From assembly GCA_024638645.1 (NCBI GenBank), contig JAHEJX010000006.1, positions 9,776 to 73,775 of the forward strand: 64,000 nucleotides of DNA, in the 5' to 3' direction. The notes below the pieces were generated by a model, which worked only from the letters and a program-made list of their open reading frames with translations, was not told the DNA's origin and did not search any database. The stretch is from Actinomycetes bacterium (GTDB taxonomy: Bacteria; Actinomycetota; Acidimicrobiia; Spongiisociales; UBA5794). Positions 28,983 through 42,733 of the stretch are shown here, piece after piece (the stretch's first letter is position 1; the number at the start of each line of letters is the position of its first letter). The translations under genes were made by a program, and so were the position numbers.

Positions 28983-29999
28983 CCGGTCCAGGTTCTCCAA
29001 CGGAACCGACTCGGCCACCTGATGGGCTTGGGCCACCTCGCCCGGTCCGTAGTTGACTGCCGGAATCCCTCTTGCCGTAAGCCGTGCGACGTCCGTCCAG
29101 CCCTGTTTGGCCTTGCGGTCGCCGCCGGCGATGCTTTCGAGCCGAAGGACGAGGTCATTGCCTGCCGGGACCGTCCCCGCCGGCGCCCTGTCTCGAATCA
29201 CTATTTCGTCAGCCTCGGCCGCCACCGCCCGAAGGCGCGCCTCTGCCTCTTCGAGCGAGTAGACCGGAGGGAATCGGTGATTCACGTTGATGACGAACCG
29301 CGGCGGAATAACGTTGTTGGCGATGCCGCCGTTGGCGCGGGTCACCGCGAACACCTCTCGAAACTCGAGACCTTCGATCGTGACCAGGTCTGGCTCCATC
29401 GTGTGCAGTTTGGCGAGCAAGTTCCCCGCTTTGGTCACCGCGTTTTCGCCCAGCCAAGGCCGGGCGCTGTGTGCGGACCTCCCTGAGAAGATGACATCGG
29501 CATTGAGTGCCCCGTTGCAGCCGAGCTCGATGTTCAGGTCGGTCGGCTCCATCACGATCGACAACTGGGCGCCACTCAGCCACTCGACCCTATCGAGAAC
29601 CTCTTCGAGACCGTTCTCGTCGGCCGGCCCTTCTTCCTTGTCATAAAAGACTCCGACGACGTCGTATGCGCCGTTGCGAACCTTGTCGTCCTCGAGCAGG
29701 TGGATCATCACTGCGAGACCGGCCTTCATGTCAGAGGTGCCGAGACCATGCATCCGGCCGTCGGCAACACGGGCAGTGCCGTTGTTCTGCTCCGGCACCG
29801 TGTCGGTGTGGCCGTAAAGTGCAATCATCGGCCTTCCAGACGGCTCTCCGACGACCAAGCTGTTGCCGATACGCGTGACCGACTGCATCGACCAGTGCGG
29901 CAGCAGCCGCTGAGCTATTGCGGTCGCGATACGACCCTCGTTACCTGTCACCGAAGGCGTGTTGACAAGCCATTCGAGGGTCTCATGAACTGCGTTCAC
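28947..29999 (-). CDS. dapE: Succinyl-diaminopimelate desuccinylase
   Basis: GHTDTVP, GTSDMK, KEE, HSARPW.G.NA, GWTDVAR, AH; in dapCD operon. Confidence 0.9.
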   Translation of the reverse strand: MNAVHETLEWLVNTPSVTGNEGRIATAIAQRLLPHWSMQSVTRIGNSLVVGEPSGRPMIALYGHTDTVPEQNNGTARVADGRMHGLGTSDMKAGLAVMIHLLEDDKVRNGAYDVVGVFYDKEEGPADENGLEEVLDRVEWLSGAQLSIVMEPTDLNIELGCNGALNADVIFSGRSAHSARPWLGENAVTKAGNLLAKLHTMEPDLVTIEGLEFREVFAVTRANGGIANNVIPPRFVINVNHRFPPVYSLEEAEARLRAVAAEADEIVIRDRAPAGTVPAGNDLVLRLESIAGGDRKAKQGWTDVARLTARGIPAVNYGPGEVAQAHQVAESVPLENLDRSLEVLGEFLRR

Positions 30000-30826
30000 A
30001 CCGCTACCCCGTGAGTGCGGAGCGCGTCGTTGAGGCTGAGCTTGTCGTCGGTCGACTCGCTGCGCTGCCCGATGATGTAGGCGCAGCCGAGCTGGACCAC
30101 TCCGGACGGGAACTCCTTTGGCCTCGTGCCGGGAACCACGATCGCGCGCGGAGGAACGTAGCCCCGATACTCGACGGGCTCGTCACCGGTCACGTCGATG
30201 ATGGGGATGGAAGCGGTCAAAGATGTGTTGGCACCGAGAATCGCCCCGGCGCCAATAATCGTGCCCTCCGTGACGATGCAGCGACTACCGATGAACGCGC
30301 CATCGCCGACGATCACAGGACGGGCGTTCGGGGGCTCGAGTACGCCACCGATCCCCACCCCGCCCGATAGGTGAACGTTGCGCCCGATTTGAGCGCAAGA
30401 TCCGACGGTCGCCCACGTGTCGACCATCGTTCCAGAACCGACGTGGGCGCCGATATTCACATAGCCGGGCATGACTATGACCCCCGGCTCGCAGAAGGCG
30501 CCGTAACGCACGGTACCCGGCGGGACCACCCTGATGCCGGCCTCGGCAAGGCCCTTCTTGGTGGGGATCTTGTCGTGGTATTCGAACGGGCCGACCTCCA
30601 TAGTCTCGAGGCCCGCCAGCCGGAAATAGAGCAATATCGCTTCCTTGGCCCACAGATTGACTTGCCAAGCGTCGCCGGGATCTCCGTCGGACGCGCCGCT
30701 TGGCTCTGCGATCCGCAACCGGCCCTTGTCGAGTTCTTCGATCGTTGCGGCTACTGCGCTTGCCGCATCTTCGATGGGAGTCTCGCCGGCGTATGCCGCC
30801 TCGATCATGGCGCGGGCTTCGCTCAA
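29996..30826 (-). CDS. dapD: Tetrahydrodipicolinate N-succinyltransferase
   Basis: WAKEAILLYF, DKIP, MVDTWATVGSCAQIG.NVHLSGGVGIGGVLEP. Confidence 0.95.
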   Translation of the reverse strand: MSEARAMIEAAYAGETPIEDAASAVAATIEELDKGRLRIAEPSGASDGDPGDAWQVNLWAKEAILLYFRLAGLETMEVGPFEYHDKIPTKKGLAEAGIRVVPPGTVRYGAFCEPGVIVMPGYVNIGAHVGSGTMVDTWATVGSCAQIGRNVHLSGGVGIGGVLEPPNARPVIVGDGAFIGSRCIVTEGTIIGAGAILGANTSLTASIPIIDVTGDEPVEYRGYVPPRAIVVPGTRPKEFPSGVVQLGCAYIIGQRSESTDDKLSLNDALRTHGVAV

Positions 30827-31974
30827 CGCAACGCCTCCTCGATTGCCGACACCGCAAGTTCACATTGGGCAACAGTCGGGACCAACGCCAAACGCACGTA
30901 CCCCTCGCCGCCGGCGCCGAAAAAGCGGCCCGGCGACACGACGATTCCTGCCTCGAGGAGCCGGTCGGTGACTGCCATGTCGTCGCCGACCGCTACCCAC
31001 ATGTAGAGGCCCGCGGTCGATGCAACCACGTCCATGCCGAGTGAGTCGAACGCCGGGCGCAGCGTGTCGCGCTTCTTGGCGAAGATGGAACGGCGCTCCG
31101 CAGCGTGAGCGTCGTCGTCCCAGGCGGCGGCGGCAGCCATCTGCACGAAGTCGGGCGAAGCAGTTCCTGTGGCCGTGCGCAGGCGTTTGAGTGCAGCGAT
31201 CGCGTCGGCGTCGCCAACCATGGCGCCGGATCGGTATCCCGTCATGCCGCTGCGCTTGGAGCAGCTGAAGAAAGCGAGCACACCGGTGGCTCCCGGGCCA
31301 GCATGCTGCAACACCGAGGCTGGGCCGCCGGGGTGGACGCCCTCCTCGTAGACGTCTGCATAACACTCGTCGGACATCAACAGCGTGTCCGTGGCGCGGG
31401 CTCGCTCAACGAGGTCGGCGAGGTCGCCGCCCGACGTCACCGCGCCGGTCGGGTTGTGTGGGGTGCAGATCCACAGCATGCGAGCTCGTTCCCACCGCTC
31501 GTCGCTCACGTCCTTGGCTCGCAACACGAAGTCGCCGCTGAGTGTGATGGGGTCGATGGCCGCGCCGGCGAACAGGGCACCGCGCTCATATATCGGGTAG
31601 CCGGGAGAGCCGTAGACAACCGATTGATCTGCGTTGCGATCCAGAAAGGCCAAGGGTGTGCTGAATACGGCCTCCTTGGACCCGGAGGTTGGCATCACCT
31701 GAGTCGCCGGGTCGATCTCCACGCCGAAACGCCTTGCTAGATAAGCCGCTATCGACTCCCTCAGTTCACCTCGGCCTCCGGTCAGCGGATACTGCGAAAC
31801 CGCCGGGACTGCGGCTTTGAGGGCGTCCGCTATGAACTCCGGCGTCGGCTCGCGCGGATCGCCGATTGAGAAGTCGATGACGTTCACACCTTGCGCGGCA
31901 AGGCTGTGCGCCCGCTCCTGAATCATTGCGATCGGGTAGGCGCCGAGCTGGTCGAGGATGGGATTGAGCTTCAC
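30823..31974 (-). CDS. dapC: N-succinyldiaminopimelate aminotransferase (class I/II PLP)
   Basis: SIGDP, GSKEA, PHNPTG, SDECY, SCSKRS.MTGYRSG; upstream of dapD-dapE. Confidence 0.85.
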   Translation of the reverse strand: MKLNPILDQLGAYPIAMIQERAHSLAAQGVNVIDFSIGDPREPTPEFIADALKAAVPAVSQYPLTGGRGELRESIAAYLARRFGVEIDPATQVMPTSGSKEAVFSTPLAFLDRNADQSVVYGSPGYPIYERGALFAGAAIDPITLSGDFVLRAKDVSDERWERARMLWICTPHNPTGAVTSGGDLADLVERARATDTLLMSDECYADVYEEGVHPGGPASVLQHAGPGATGVLAFFSCSKRSGMTGYRSGAMVGDADAIAALKRLRTATGTASPDFVQMAAAAAWDDDAHAAERRSIFAKKRDTLRPAFDSLGMDVVASTAGLYMWVAVGDDMAVTDRLLEAGIVVSPGRFFGAGGEGYVRLALVPTVAQCELAVSAIEEALR

Positions 31975-32030
31975 GAGTGCCGATCTCGTTGTGGCCGATT
32001 GATGCGGAGTGAACCGTAACATGACCGGCC

Positions 32031-32432
32031 GTGAGCACGACCCGCTACCGCATCATTCTGTCCGTCCTGGGCTTGGCATTTGGAGCTCTCGTGGTTGGCG
32101 CCGTGGTACTGGCGCCGTCCGGCGACGTGACCGACTTGCCAGGCGCCCTCGAGGGCTTCTCGCCGGACGACGGTGCCATCGTGCAGCGCCAGACATCACT
32201 CGAGGTGGACCTACGCGCAGGCTACGACCTGAACATCGTGATCGACGGTTTGACTATCCCACGAGAAGACATCGAGTTCACCGAGGCCACAGGCAAGTAC
32301 GTCTTCCGGCCCGGGCCAGACAAGGTCATCACCGAGTGGCTACCCGGGTTCCACATCGTGGAGATCGAGTTCGATCGGGCAGTTGGGCTTCCCGACCCTG
32401 GATCGCTGCGATGGAGTTTCCGGACCCAATAG
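32031..32432 (+). CDS. Membrane-anchored hypothetical protein, beta-rich (possibly Ig-like)
   Basis: N-terminal TM; ends WSFRTQ; TAACAT 8 nt before GTG. Confidence 0.7.
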   Translation: MSTTRYRIILSVLGLAFGALVVGAVVLAPSGDVTDLPGALEGFSPDDGAIVQRQTSLEVDLRAGYDLNIVIDGLTIPREDIEFTEATGKYVFRPGPDKVITEWLPGFHIVEIEFDRAVGLPDPGSLRWSFRTQ

Positions 32433-32454
32433 TGCGTCAGAACCGTACAGGTGC

Positions 32455-32468
32455 CTGACATATGTCAG
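32455..32468. promoter_or_regulatory. Perfect 14-bp palindrome, candidate transcription-factor operator
   Basis: CTGACATATGTCAG about 50 nt upstream of the YceI-domain gene. Confidence 0.55.
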
Positions 32469-32518
32469 ACACATCGGCGACATGCCGCTAGCTTTCTGCG
32501 ACACACCCGGGGGTTCGA

Positions 32519-36717
<4,199 letters not shown>

Positions 36718-36721
<4 letters not shown>

Positions 36722-37845
36722 CGGACTTCCCTCGCAACGGCGGCGACTCGCTTGGCCGCTTGCTCGCCATCTACAACGTCGTTCACCCAGCCGAAAGTGA
36801 ATCGCACGCTCTCGGCCGCAACTTGGTCGGACGCTCCCATCGCTTCGAGAACATGGGACTTGTCAATCGCACCGCTCTGACATGCGGATCCGGCGGCTGC
36901 AGCGACCCCGGCCTGGTCGAGGCGGATCAGAAACGTCTCGGAGGCCACGCCCGGGATCCTTAGATGGCTGTGTTGGACGAGTCTTGGCTCACCAATAGTG
37001 AGGACGACATCCCCGAGCTCAGCCCGCAGGACATCTTCGAACCTATCGCGGGCTCCCCCGACCCTTCGCCTGAACGCATCACGATCCGCCGCACTCGCCT
37101 CCATGGCGGAGACCAGCCCGACAATTCCGGCGACGTTGTGTGTACCCGAGCGCCGTCCCAGCTCCTGCCCTCCGCCGTGAAGCACAGGCTCGAGGTTGAT
37201 GCCGGTACGGACATAGAGAAGACCTGCGCCCTTGGGACCCCCCAACTTGTGGCCCGCAATCGAGATCATGTCGGCCCCCGTGGCCGCAACCGAGACCTCC
37301 TCTGAGATGAAGGCTTGGACAGCATCGGTGTGGATGACTGAGCCGCCGCGGGCATGGACGAGGTCGGCCACCTCGGCGATGGGCTGGACGGCACCCGTTT
37401 CGTTGTTGGCGGCCATGACCGACACGATCGAGGCATCGTCACATGCCGCGGCAACAACCGCGGGGTCCACTCGGCCCTCGTGGTCTACTCCGACCACAAC
37501 GAGCTCGCATCCGAGCTTCTCGGCGAAACGAGCAGACTCGAGCACCGCCTCATGCTCAATGGGAGTCGTGACGATGCGACGGCGGCCACCCCCGGCAATG
37601 GCCGCCCCGACAACGGCCAGGTTATCCGCCTCCGTGCCGCCACCTGTGAAGACGATCTCGAGCGGCTGCGACGCACCTAGCAGATCGGCGGCCCGCTCCC
37701 TGGCCTCCTCGATGGCGTTTTTGGCGCGCCGCGACACCCCGTGGATACCGGAGGGGTTACCGAAAGCGTCTTCGAGATACGGAGCCATGGCATCGCGCAC
37801 CTCGGGACGCACGACGGTCGTAGCGGCATGGTCCAGATACAGCAT
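36718..37845 (-). CDS. Cysteine desulfurase (IscS/NifS-like)
   Basis: YLDHAATT, GNPS, HTDAVQ, GHK, RSGT, GSAC; coupled to mnmA. Confidence 0.93.
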
Positions 37846-37943
37846 TGCGGCGACATTCTCGCAGAGCGCCCGTTGCAGTAAGCCGGAATGCACGTAGTGC
37901 ATCTGAAGTTGCAGAAGCCGGAAGCGAAACGACAGGTGACTGT

Positions 37944-38180
37944 GTGAGCAAAGACGTGACTGTGTACTGGCGGCCCGGATGTGGGTTCTGTATCGGGTTG
38001 TTGCGCGATATCGATGAGGCGGGTTTGACCCATGCCAGGATCAACATCTGGGACGACGCGGACGCCGCCGCCTTCGTCCGCTCCGTCGCCAACGGTAGCG
38101 AAACGGTGCCCACCGTCATGGTTGGGAATCAGGCCATGGTGAATCCAAACCTGCAACAGATCCAAGCCGCCCTCGGGTGA
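37944..38180 (+). CDS. Mycoredoxin/glutaredoxin-like protein
   Basis: VYWRPGCGFC, VRSVANGSETVPTV, NP. Confidence 0.85.
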   Translation: MSKDVTVYWRPGCGFCIGLLRDIDEAGLTHARINIWDDADAAAFVRSVANGSETVPTVMVGNQAMVNPNLQQIQAALG

Positions 38181-38216
38181 CGAGGGCAGCGGCCCAAGTC
38201 GGTACTGTCGTCGGCA

Positions 38217-38654
38217 ATGGATGTGACACTCGTCGAAATCTCAGCCGAGAACCTCAGGGCCGTCATGGATCTGGAAGTCAAGCCTCAGCAGCAGAGCTAC
38301 GTGGCTCCCAATTCGGTGTCGATTGCTCAGCATTGTTTCGACCAGGAATCGTGGATGAGGGCGATCTACGCCGGTCCCGCTCCCGTCGGATTTGTTCTGC
38401 TCAGCGAAAGGCCAAGCCCGCCCCGCTACTACCTATGGCGTTACATGATCGCCGGGGACCAACAAGGTAGGGGCTACGGCACGCGAGCTCTCGACCTCGT
38501 CGTCGAGCACGTCCGCACCTTGCCAAGCGCCACGGAGCTCTTTCTCAGCTATCAATCCGGCCCAGAAGGTCCCAGGGACTTCTACGCCAAATACGGCTTC
38601 GTCGAGACGGGGGTTGAACACGAAGGCGAGCTCGAGATGCGGCTCGTCCTATAG
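38217..38654 (+). CDS. GNAT N-acetyltransferase (spermidine N1-acetyltransferase-like)
   Basis: QQSYVAPN..SIA, RYMI..QGRGYG, FYAKYGF. Confidence 0.85.
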   Translation: MDVTLVEISAENLRAVMDLEVKPQQQSYVAPNSVSIAQHCFDQESWMRAIYAGPAPVGFVLLSERPSPPRYYLWRYMIAGDQQGRGYGTRALDLVVEHVRTLPSATELFLSYQSGPEGPRDFYAKYGFVETGVEHEGELEMRLVL

Positions 38655-38655
38655 C

Positions 38656-39798
38656 TCACTCGGCAGCACGGACTGTGTCGATGAAACTGAGGAGAGCTTC
38701 CTCGTAGCGGGCGGGGTCGGCGTTCCACAGTTGCCCATGGCGGCCAGACTCGAACCGCACGAACCGACCCAGATTGCCGAGTCCGGATACGAACTCCTCA
38801 GCAACTGCGATGTCTGCAACCCGGTCCAATTCACCGTGCAATACCAACACCGGCACGGTGTACTCCGGCGCCCTGTCGACCTGGTCGAGTTCGTTCCAAT
38901 CGATGTCGAATCGGATCGATGCCAATAGCTTTCCGGCGCCGACTATCGGAGCCGGCACGCCACGCTCTTCGGCAACGCGATCCGCGATTCGCTCAGGATC
39001 CAGAAGGGCTGAGTCGTACACGACACCACGTACTGCGTTGATGTCGTCGGCTCGATGGAGAAAGTTGGCAACTACGCCCGCCCCGGTGTCCAAGCCGATG
39101 AGCACGAACTCGCTTGCGTCCTGACTCAATCCGAACTCGACTGCGGCGGCCAGGTCTCGCCACTCGGTAGCGCCGAGGGCCCGTAGACCGTTGTTGGGAC
39201 GGGGCGCCCCGCGATCGCCCCGCACCGTCATGACCATCACCGAAAACCTCTGGGCGACTAGGCCCGGCAGCATCCGCAAGGCCTCTGCCCGCTGCTCAGG
39301 GCCGGCTCCGTGCACGACGATCACCCACGCTTCACGGTCACCTTCGATTATCCAGGCTGGATATACACCGAGATCGCCGGTGAATCGAACCTCTTCGAAC
39401 TCGATGTCATGAGCCTCGAGCGGATTTCCCGGATACGCGATCGGGTCGAATGCAACCAACTCGCCGACGTCGAACTCGCCACTCAGAACGCGAAAGCCCC
39501 GCTCGACGACCTCGTCTGTGGAAGCGATCACGACCGATGCTTGGCCGTACCCGTTGGGCCCGGCCACCCCCCAGATTCCTTCGATCTCCGTGAGCTCGGT
39601 GCGCGCCACCGTGATCCGCCCGGAGCCAACCGTCACCACCTCGATTTCCTGCTCTATCTCGGAATCGTCGATGAGCACGAGTTCGTCACGCAACGCGTTG
39701 CTGTACGACCACGTCGCGAAGAGGAGGACAAGCAGTAGCAACGTGACTACGGCAAACCCGATGCGGGCTGGCCACTTGGATCTCTCGGTCGGCTCCAC
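38656..39798 (-). CDS. Membrane-anchored alpha/beta hydrolase
   Basis: N-terminal TM; IVVHG, RGDRGAP, LG.TEW.DL, GLDTG elbow, HG..D, GRHG; start uncertain. Confidence 0.8.
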   Translation of the reverse strand: MEPTERSKWPARIGFAVVTLLLLVLLFATWSYSNALRDELVLIDDSEIEQEIEVVTVGSGRITVARTELTEIEGIWGVAGPNGYGQASVVIASTDEVVERGFRVLSGEFDVGELVAFDPIAYPGNPLEAHDIEFEEVRFTGDLGVYPAWIIEGDREAWVIVVHGAGPEQRAEALRMLPGLVAQRFSVMVMTVRGDRGAPRPNNGLRALGATEWRDLAAAVEFGLSQDASEFVLIGLDTGAGVVANFLHRADDINAVRGVVYDSALLDPERIADRVAEERGVPAPIVGAGKLLASIRFDIDWNELDQVDRAPEYTVPVLVLHGELDRVADIAVAEEFVSGLGNLGRFVRFESGRHGQLWNADPARYEEALLSFIDTVRAAE

Positions 39799-39875
39799 GG
39801 AGCGAGATGATACGAGCGCTCGGCAACTCTGTTGCATCGGATTCGATGACTCAGCGCATACCCTACGATTCGGCC

Positions 39876-40310
39876 ATGCCACGAACGATTGAAGTGTCCG
39901 TTGAAGTGCCCGCCCCGATCGACGCGGTCTGGGCAGACCTAGCCAAGCTCGAATCTCACAGCGAGTGGATGCGCGACGCCGAGGCGATCGAGTTTCTCAC
40001 GGAGCAACGAGAAGGCGTCGGAACGCGGATTCGGGTGCCAACTCGGGTCGGCCCACTGACCACGGTCGATGAGATGGAGTTCACGGCATGGGAGCCACCA
40101 CATCTCATGGCGATCAATCATCAAGGCAAATTCTCCGGTCAAGGAGAGATCGCACTCCAGGAGTCCGAACACGGCACCCAGGTCACGTGGCGGGAGAAGG
40201 TCAAGTTTCCGTGGACTTTCGGCGGGCCTGCCGGCGAGCTAGTGGCGGCGCCGATCTTGCAATGGATCTGGAAGACCAATTTGAAGGCACTGGCGAAACG
40301 GTTCGAATGA
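39876..40310 (+). CDS. SRPBCC (START-like) family protein
   Basis: APIDAVW..L....HSEW, GVGTR, WEPP, GTQVTW. Confidence 0.85.
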   Translation: MPRTIEVSVEVPAPIDAVWADLAKLESHSEWMRDAEAIEFLTEQREGVGTRIRVPTRVGPLTTVDEMEFTAWEPPHLMAINHQGKFSGQGEIALQESEHGTQVTWREKVKFPWTFGGPAGELVAAPILQWIWKTNLKALAKRFE

Positions 40311-40318
40311 CGGTTCGC

Positions 40319-40362
40319 CAGTATCAGGTATTGGTTACCCAATACCTAATACCCATTACCTG
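40319..40362. repeat. Head-to-head heptamer array forming a hairpin between convergent genes
   Basis: CAGTATC AGGTATT GGTTACC CAATACC TAATACC CATTACC; AGGTATTGG/CCAATACCT are complementary. Confidence 0.8.
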
Positions 40363-40374
40363 ACAGCCCCACGC

Positions 40375-41142
40375 TCACTTCCCCTCGAAAGCAGGCTTCT
40401 CCTTTGCCAGGAATGCGTTGATGCCGCGTGTGGCGTCTTCGGTGCGGAAGACCTGGTTGAAGACCCGGCGCTCGACGGCGAGGGCATCGAGAATCGGCCT
40501 GCCCCATCCCTCATTCATTGCCTGCTTCACGGCCGCGTATCCCAACGTCGGTCCCTCGGCCCACTTGGCGGCGTCGGCCAGGGCGGTGGCAACGAGCTCT
40601 TCGGCCGGCACAACCTTGTCCGCGAGACCGATAGCGAACGCCTCGTCAGCATCCAGATGCCGCCCGGACAAGTTCATCTCCTTCGCGCTTTGAAAGCCCA
40701 CGATCCTCGGCAATCGTTGGGTGCCGCCGGCCCCGGGGATGATCCCGAGGAGGATCTCGGGCTGCCCGACTTTGGCGTCCGCCGCCATGTAACGAAAATC
40801 TGCTCCCATCGCCAGCTCGAGCCCACCGCCCAGCGCGTATCCACTGATGGCGGCAATTGTCGGCTTGGCCAGGTTCTCTAGCTCGACGATCACCTCGAAA
40901 AGCTCACTTGCGATTTCCTCGTCACCTGCGTTCTCCAACGAGTCGAGGAACCTGGCGATATCGGCGCCCGCTGCGAAATGCCTCTTACCCGCAATGACAA
41001 CCGATCGGATGGCGGGATCAGCAGCCTCAGCGAGAGCGGCACTGATGTCGCCGGCTAGTTCCGCATTGAGGGCATTGACGGGCGGACGGTTGAGAGTGAG
41101 CAGAGCCACTGCTCCCTCTGTGGTGTATTCGACAAGGCTCAA
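40375..41142 (-). CDS. Enoyl-CoA hydratase/isomerase
   Basis: LNRPPVNAL, FAAGADI, ALGGGLELA, PEILLGIIPGAGGTQRL. Confidence 0.93.
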   Translation of the reverse strand: MSLVEYTTEGAVALLTLNRPPVNALNAELAGDISAALAEAADPAIRSVVIAGKRHFAAGADIARFLDSLENAGDEEIASELFEVIVELENLAKPTIAAISGYALGGGLELAMGADFRYMAADAKVGQPEILLGIIPGAGGTQRLPRIVGFQSAKEMNLSGRHLDADEAFAIGLADKVVPAEELVATALADAAKWAEGPTLGYAAVKQAMNEGWGRPILDALAVERRVFNQVFRTEDATRGINAFLAKEKPAFEGK

Positions 41143-41186
41143 CAGATAACCAATCTCTCGGGAATCGGCAGGCTAATCGGACCAGA

Positions 41187-42125
41187 TCAGTGTCCTTCGA
41201 GCAGCCGACCAGCGCCGGTCCACGGATCGATGTCACCGGCCACCACCGCGGCCAGGGTCTCGCGTCCGGTTGGAGTGTCCAAAGCCTCCTGCGCGGCCCG
41301 GGCCAAGCGCTCGGCAACTGCCCGCCTCAGTGCGCCTTCGCGTCTCTGCACGGCTACCTCACCGCGGGCCGTGAGATGCTCACGGTGCGCTGCTATTGCA
41401 TTCACGAGATCGAGAACACCTTCACCGGAGGTTCCGACCGTGGTTACAACAGGTGCTCGCCAATCTGTTGGTTGTGCCAGTGCCAACATCTCGGTCAGCT
41501 CACGCACCGCATCTGCCGACCCATCGCGGTCGGCCTTGTTCACCACGAACACGTCTGCAATCTCCATCACTCCGGCTTTTGCCACCTGGACGCCGTCGCC
41601 CCAACCGGGAGTGACGACAACGACCGTCGTATCGGCCGCGGCCGCCACGTCCACTTCCGACTGGCCGACACCCACAGTCTCGATCAGGATTTCGTGGTAG
41701 CCCAGCCCGATGCACAGCGCGGCCACACGCTCGGTCGTTCTCGCCATCCCTCCCAGCCACCCGCGCGTTGCCATGGAACGCACAAGCACTCCATGATCGG
41801 CTGAACCGTGCTGCATCCGGATGCGGTCGCCAAGCAAGGCGCCGCCCGTGAAAGGGCTGGTGGGATCGACGGCCAACACGGCAACCCGGCTCTCGGTTTC
41901 GCGCCAGTGGGCGACGAGATGGTCGACGAGGGTGCTCTTCCCGGCGCCGGGCGCACCGGTGATGCCGGTGATCCAGCCGACGGTACGGCTCTCGTGGATG
42001 CGGGACAGCACCGCGGCGCTGGCGACTGCATCGTTCTCCACGGCAGAGATGAGGCGTCCAGTTGCACGACGATCGCCTGAGCGAGCCGCGGCAATCAGGT
42101 CTTCGAAATAGGTGGGGTCGGCCAT
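41187..42125 (-). CDS. meaB: Methylmalonyl-CoA mutase-associated GTPase MeaB/ArgK
   Basis: GITGAPGAGKST, AVDPTSPFTGGALLGDRIRM, ETVGVGQSE, NKAD. Confidence 0.93.
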   Translation of the reverse strand: MADPTYFEDLIAAARSGDRRATGRLISAVENDAVASAAVLSRIHESRTVGWITGITGAPGAGKSTLVDHLVAHWRETESRVAVLAVDPTSPFTGGALLGDRIRMQHGSADHGVLVRSMATRGWLGGMARTTERVAALCIGLGYHEILIETVGVGQSEVDVAAAADTTVVVVTPGWGDGVQVAKAGVMEIADVFVVNKADRDGSADAVRELTEMLALAQPTDWRAPVVTTVGTSGEGVLDLVNAIAAHREHLTARGEVAVQRREGALRRAVAERLARAAQEALDTPTGRETLAAVVAGDIDPWTGAGRLLEGH

Positions 42126-42161
42126 CGAGCCAGCTTAGAAGTCGAAGCGAAAGGCTCCGGG

Positions 42162-42476
42162 TCAGGTGGCGACGATCTCTTCTACGCCGGCCACCCTGTC
42201 ACGCAGGATACGTTCGATCCCCGCCGTGAGGGTCATGCTGGAAAGCGGACAGCCGCCACAGGCTCCCACCATCTGTAGATGGACCCTGCCTCCCGTTGTT
42301 CCCAGCAAGATCATGTCGCCGCCGTCGGCTTGAAGTGCCGGACGGATGTACTCGAGAGTCTCCGCCAGCAGATCGTGGTCGATCGGGCTGTCTGCCGGCG
42401 CGTCGAAAGTAACGGTCCCCGTCGAGCCGAGGGAACCGACTTCAATTACCGACGACGTAACTTCGTTCTCAGACAT
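42162..42476 (-). CDS. NifU C-terminal (Nfu) Fe-S carrier domain protein
   Basis: IRPALQADGGD..GACGGCP.S..TL.AGIE. Confidence 0.9.
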   Translation of the reverse strand: MSENEVTSSVIEVGSLGSTGTVTFDAPADSPIDHDLLAETLEYIRPALQADGGDMILLGTTGGRVHLQMVGACGGCPLSSMTLTAGIERILRDRVAGVEEIVAT

Positions 42477-42733
42477 CTCCGCGTTTCAACCATCTCGTGG
42501 GTTGGGCAATTCCCGGACAGGACTTGTCGGGTCCCGGCATTCTAAGGCGGCATCGACGCTCCGCCGACATTGCCTGGCAGAATGCCCTGCCGTGTCGACC
42601 TACAAGCACCCGAGACTGCCCCTTGGCATCGACGCAGTCGCTGCCAACCTGCCCCGGCAAGACGCCCGGGTGCATCTACGTGGCGACCGAACGATCCGGG
42701 TCGAAGTAGCGCGCAGCTGCGAACGGGAACGGA

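Noticed and set aside
41187-42125. Orphan meaB as a novel system
   Set aside because: meaB is often unlinked from its mutase; the partner may lie outside this window
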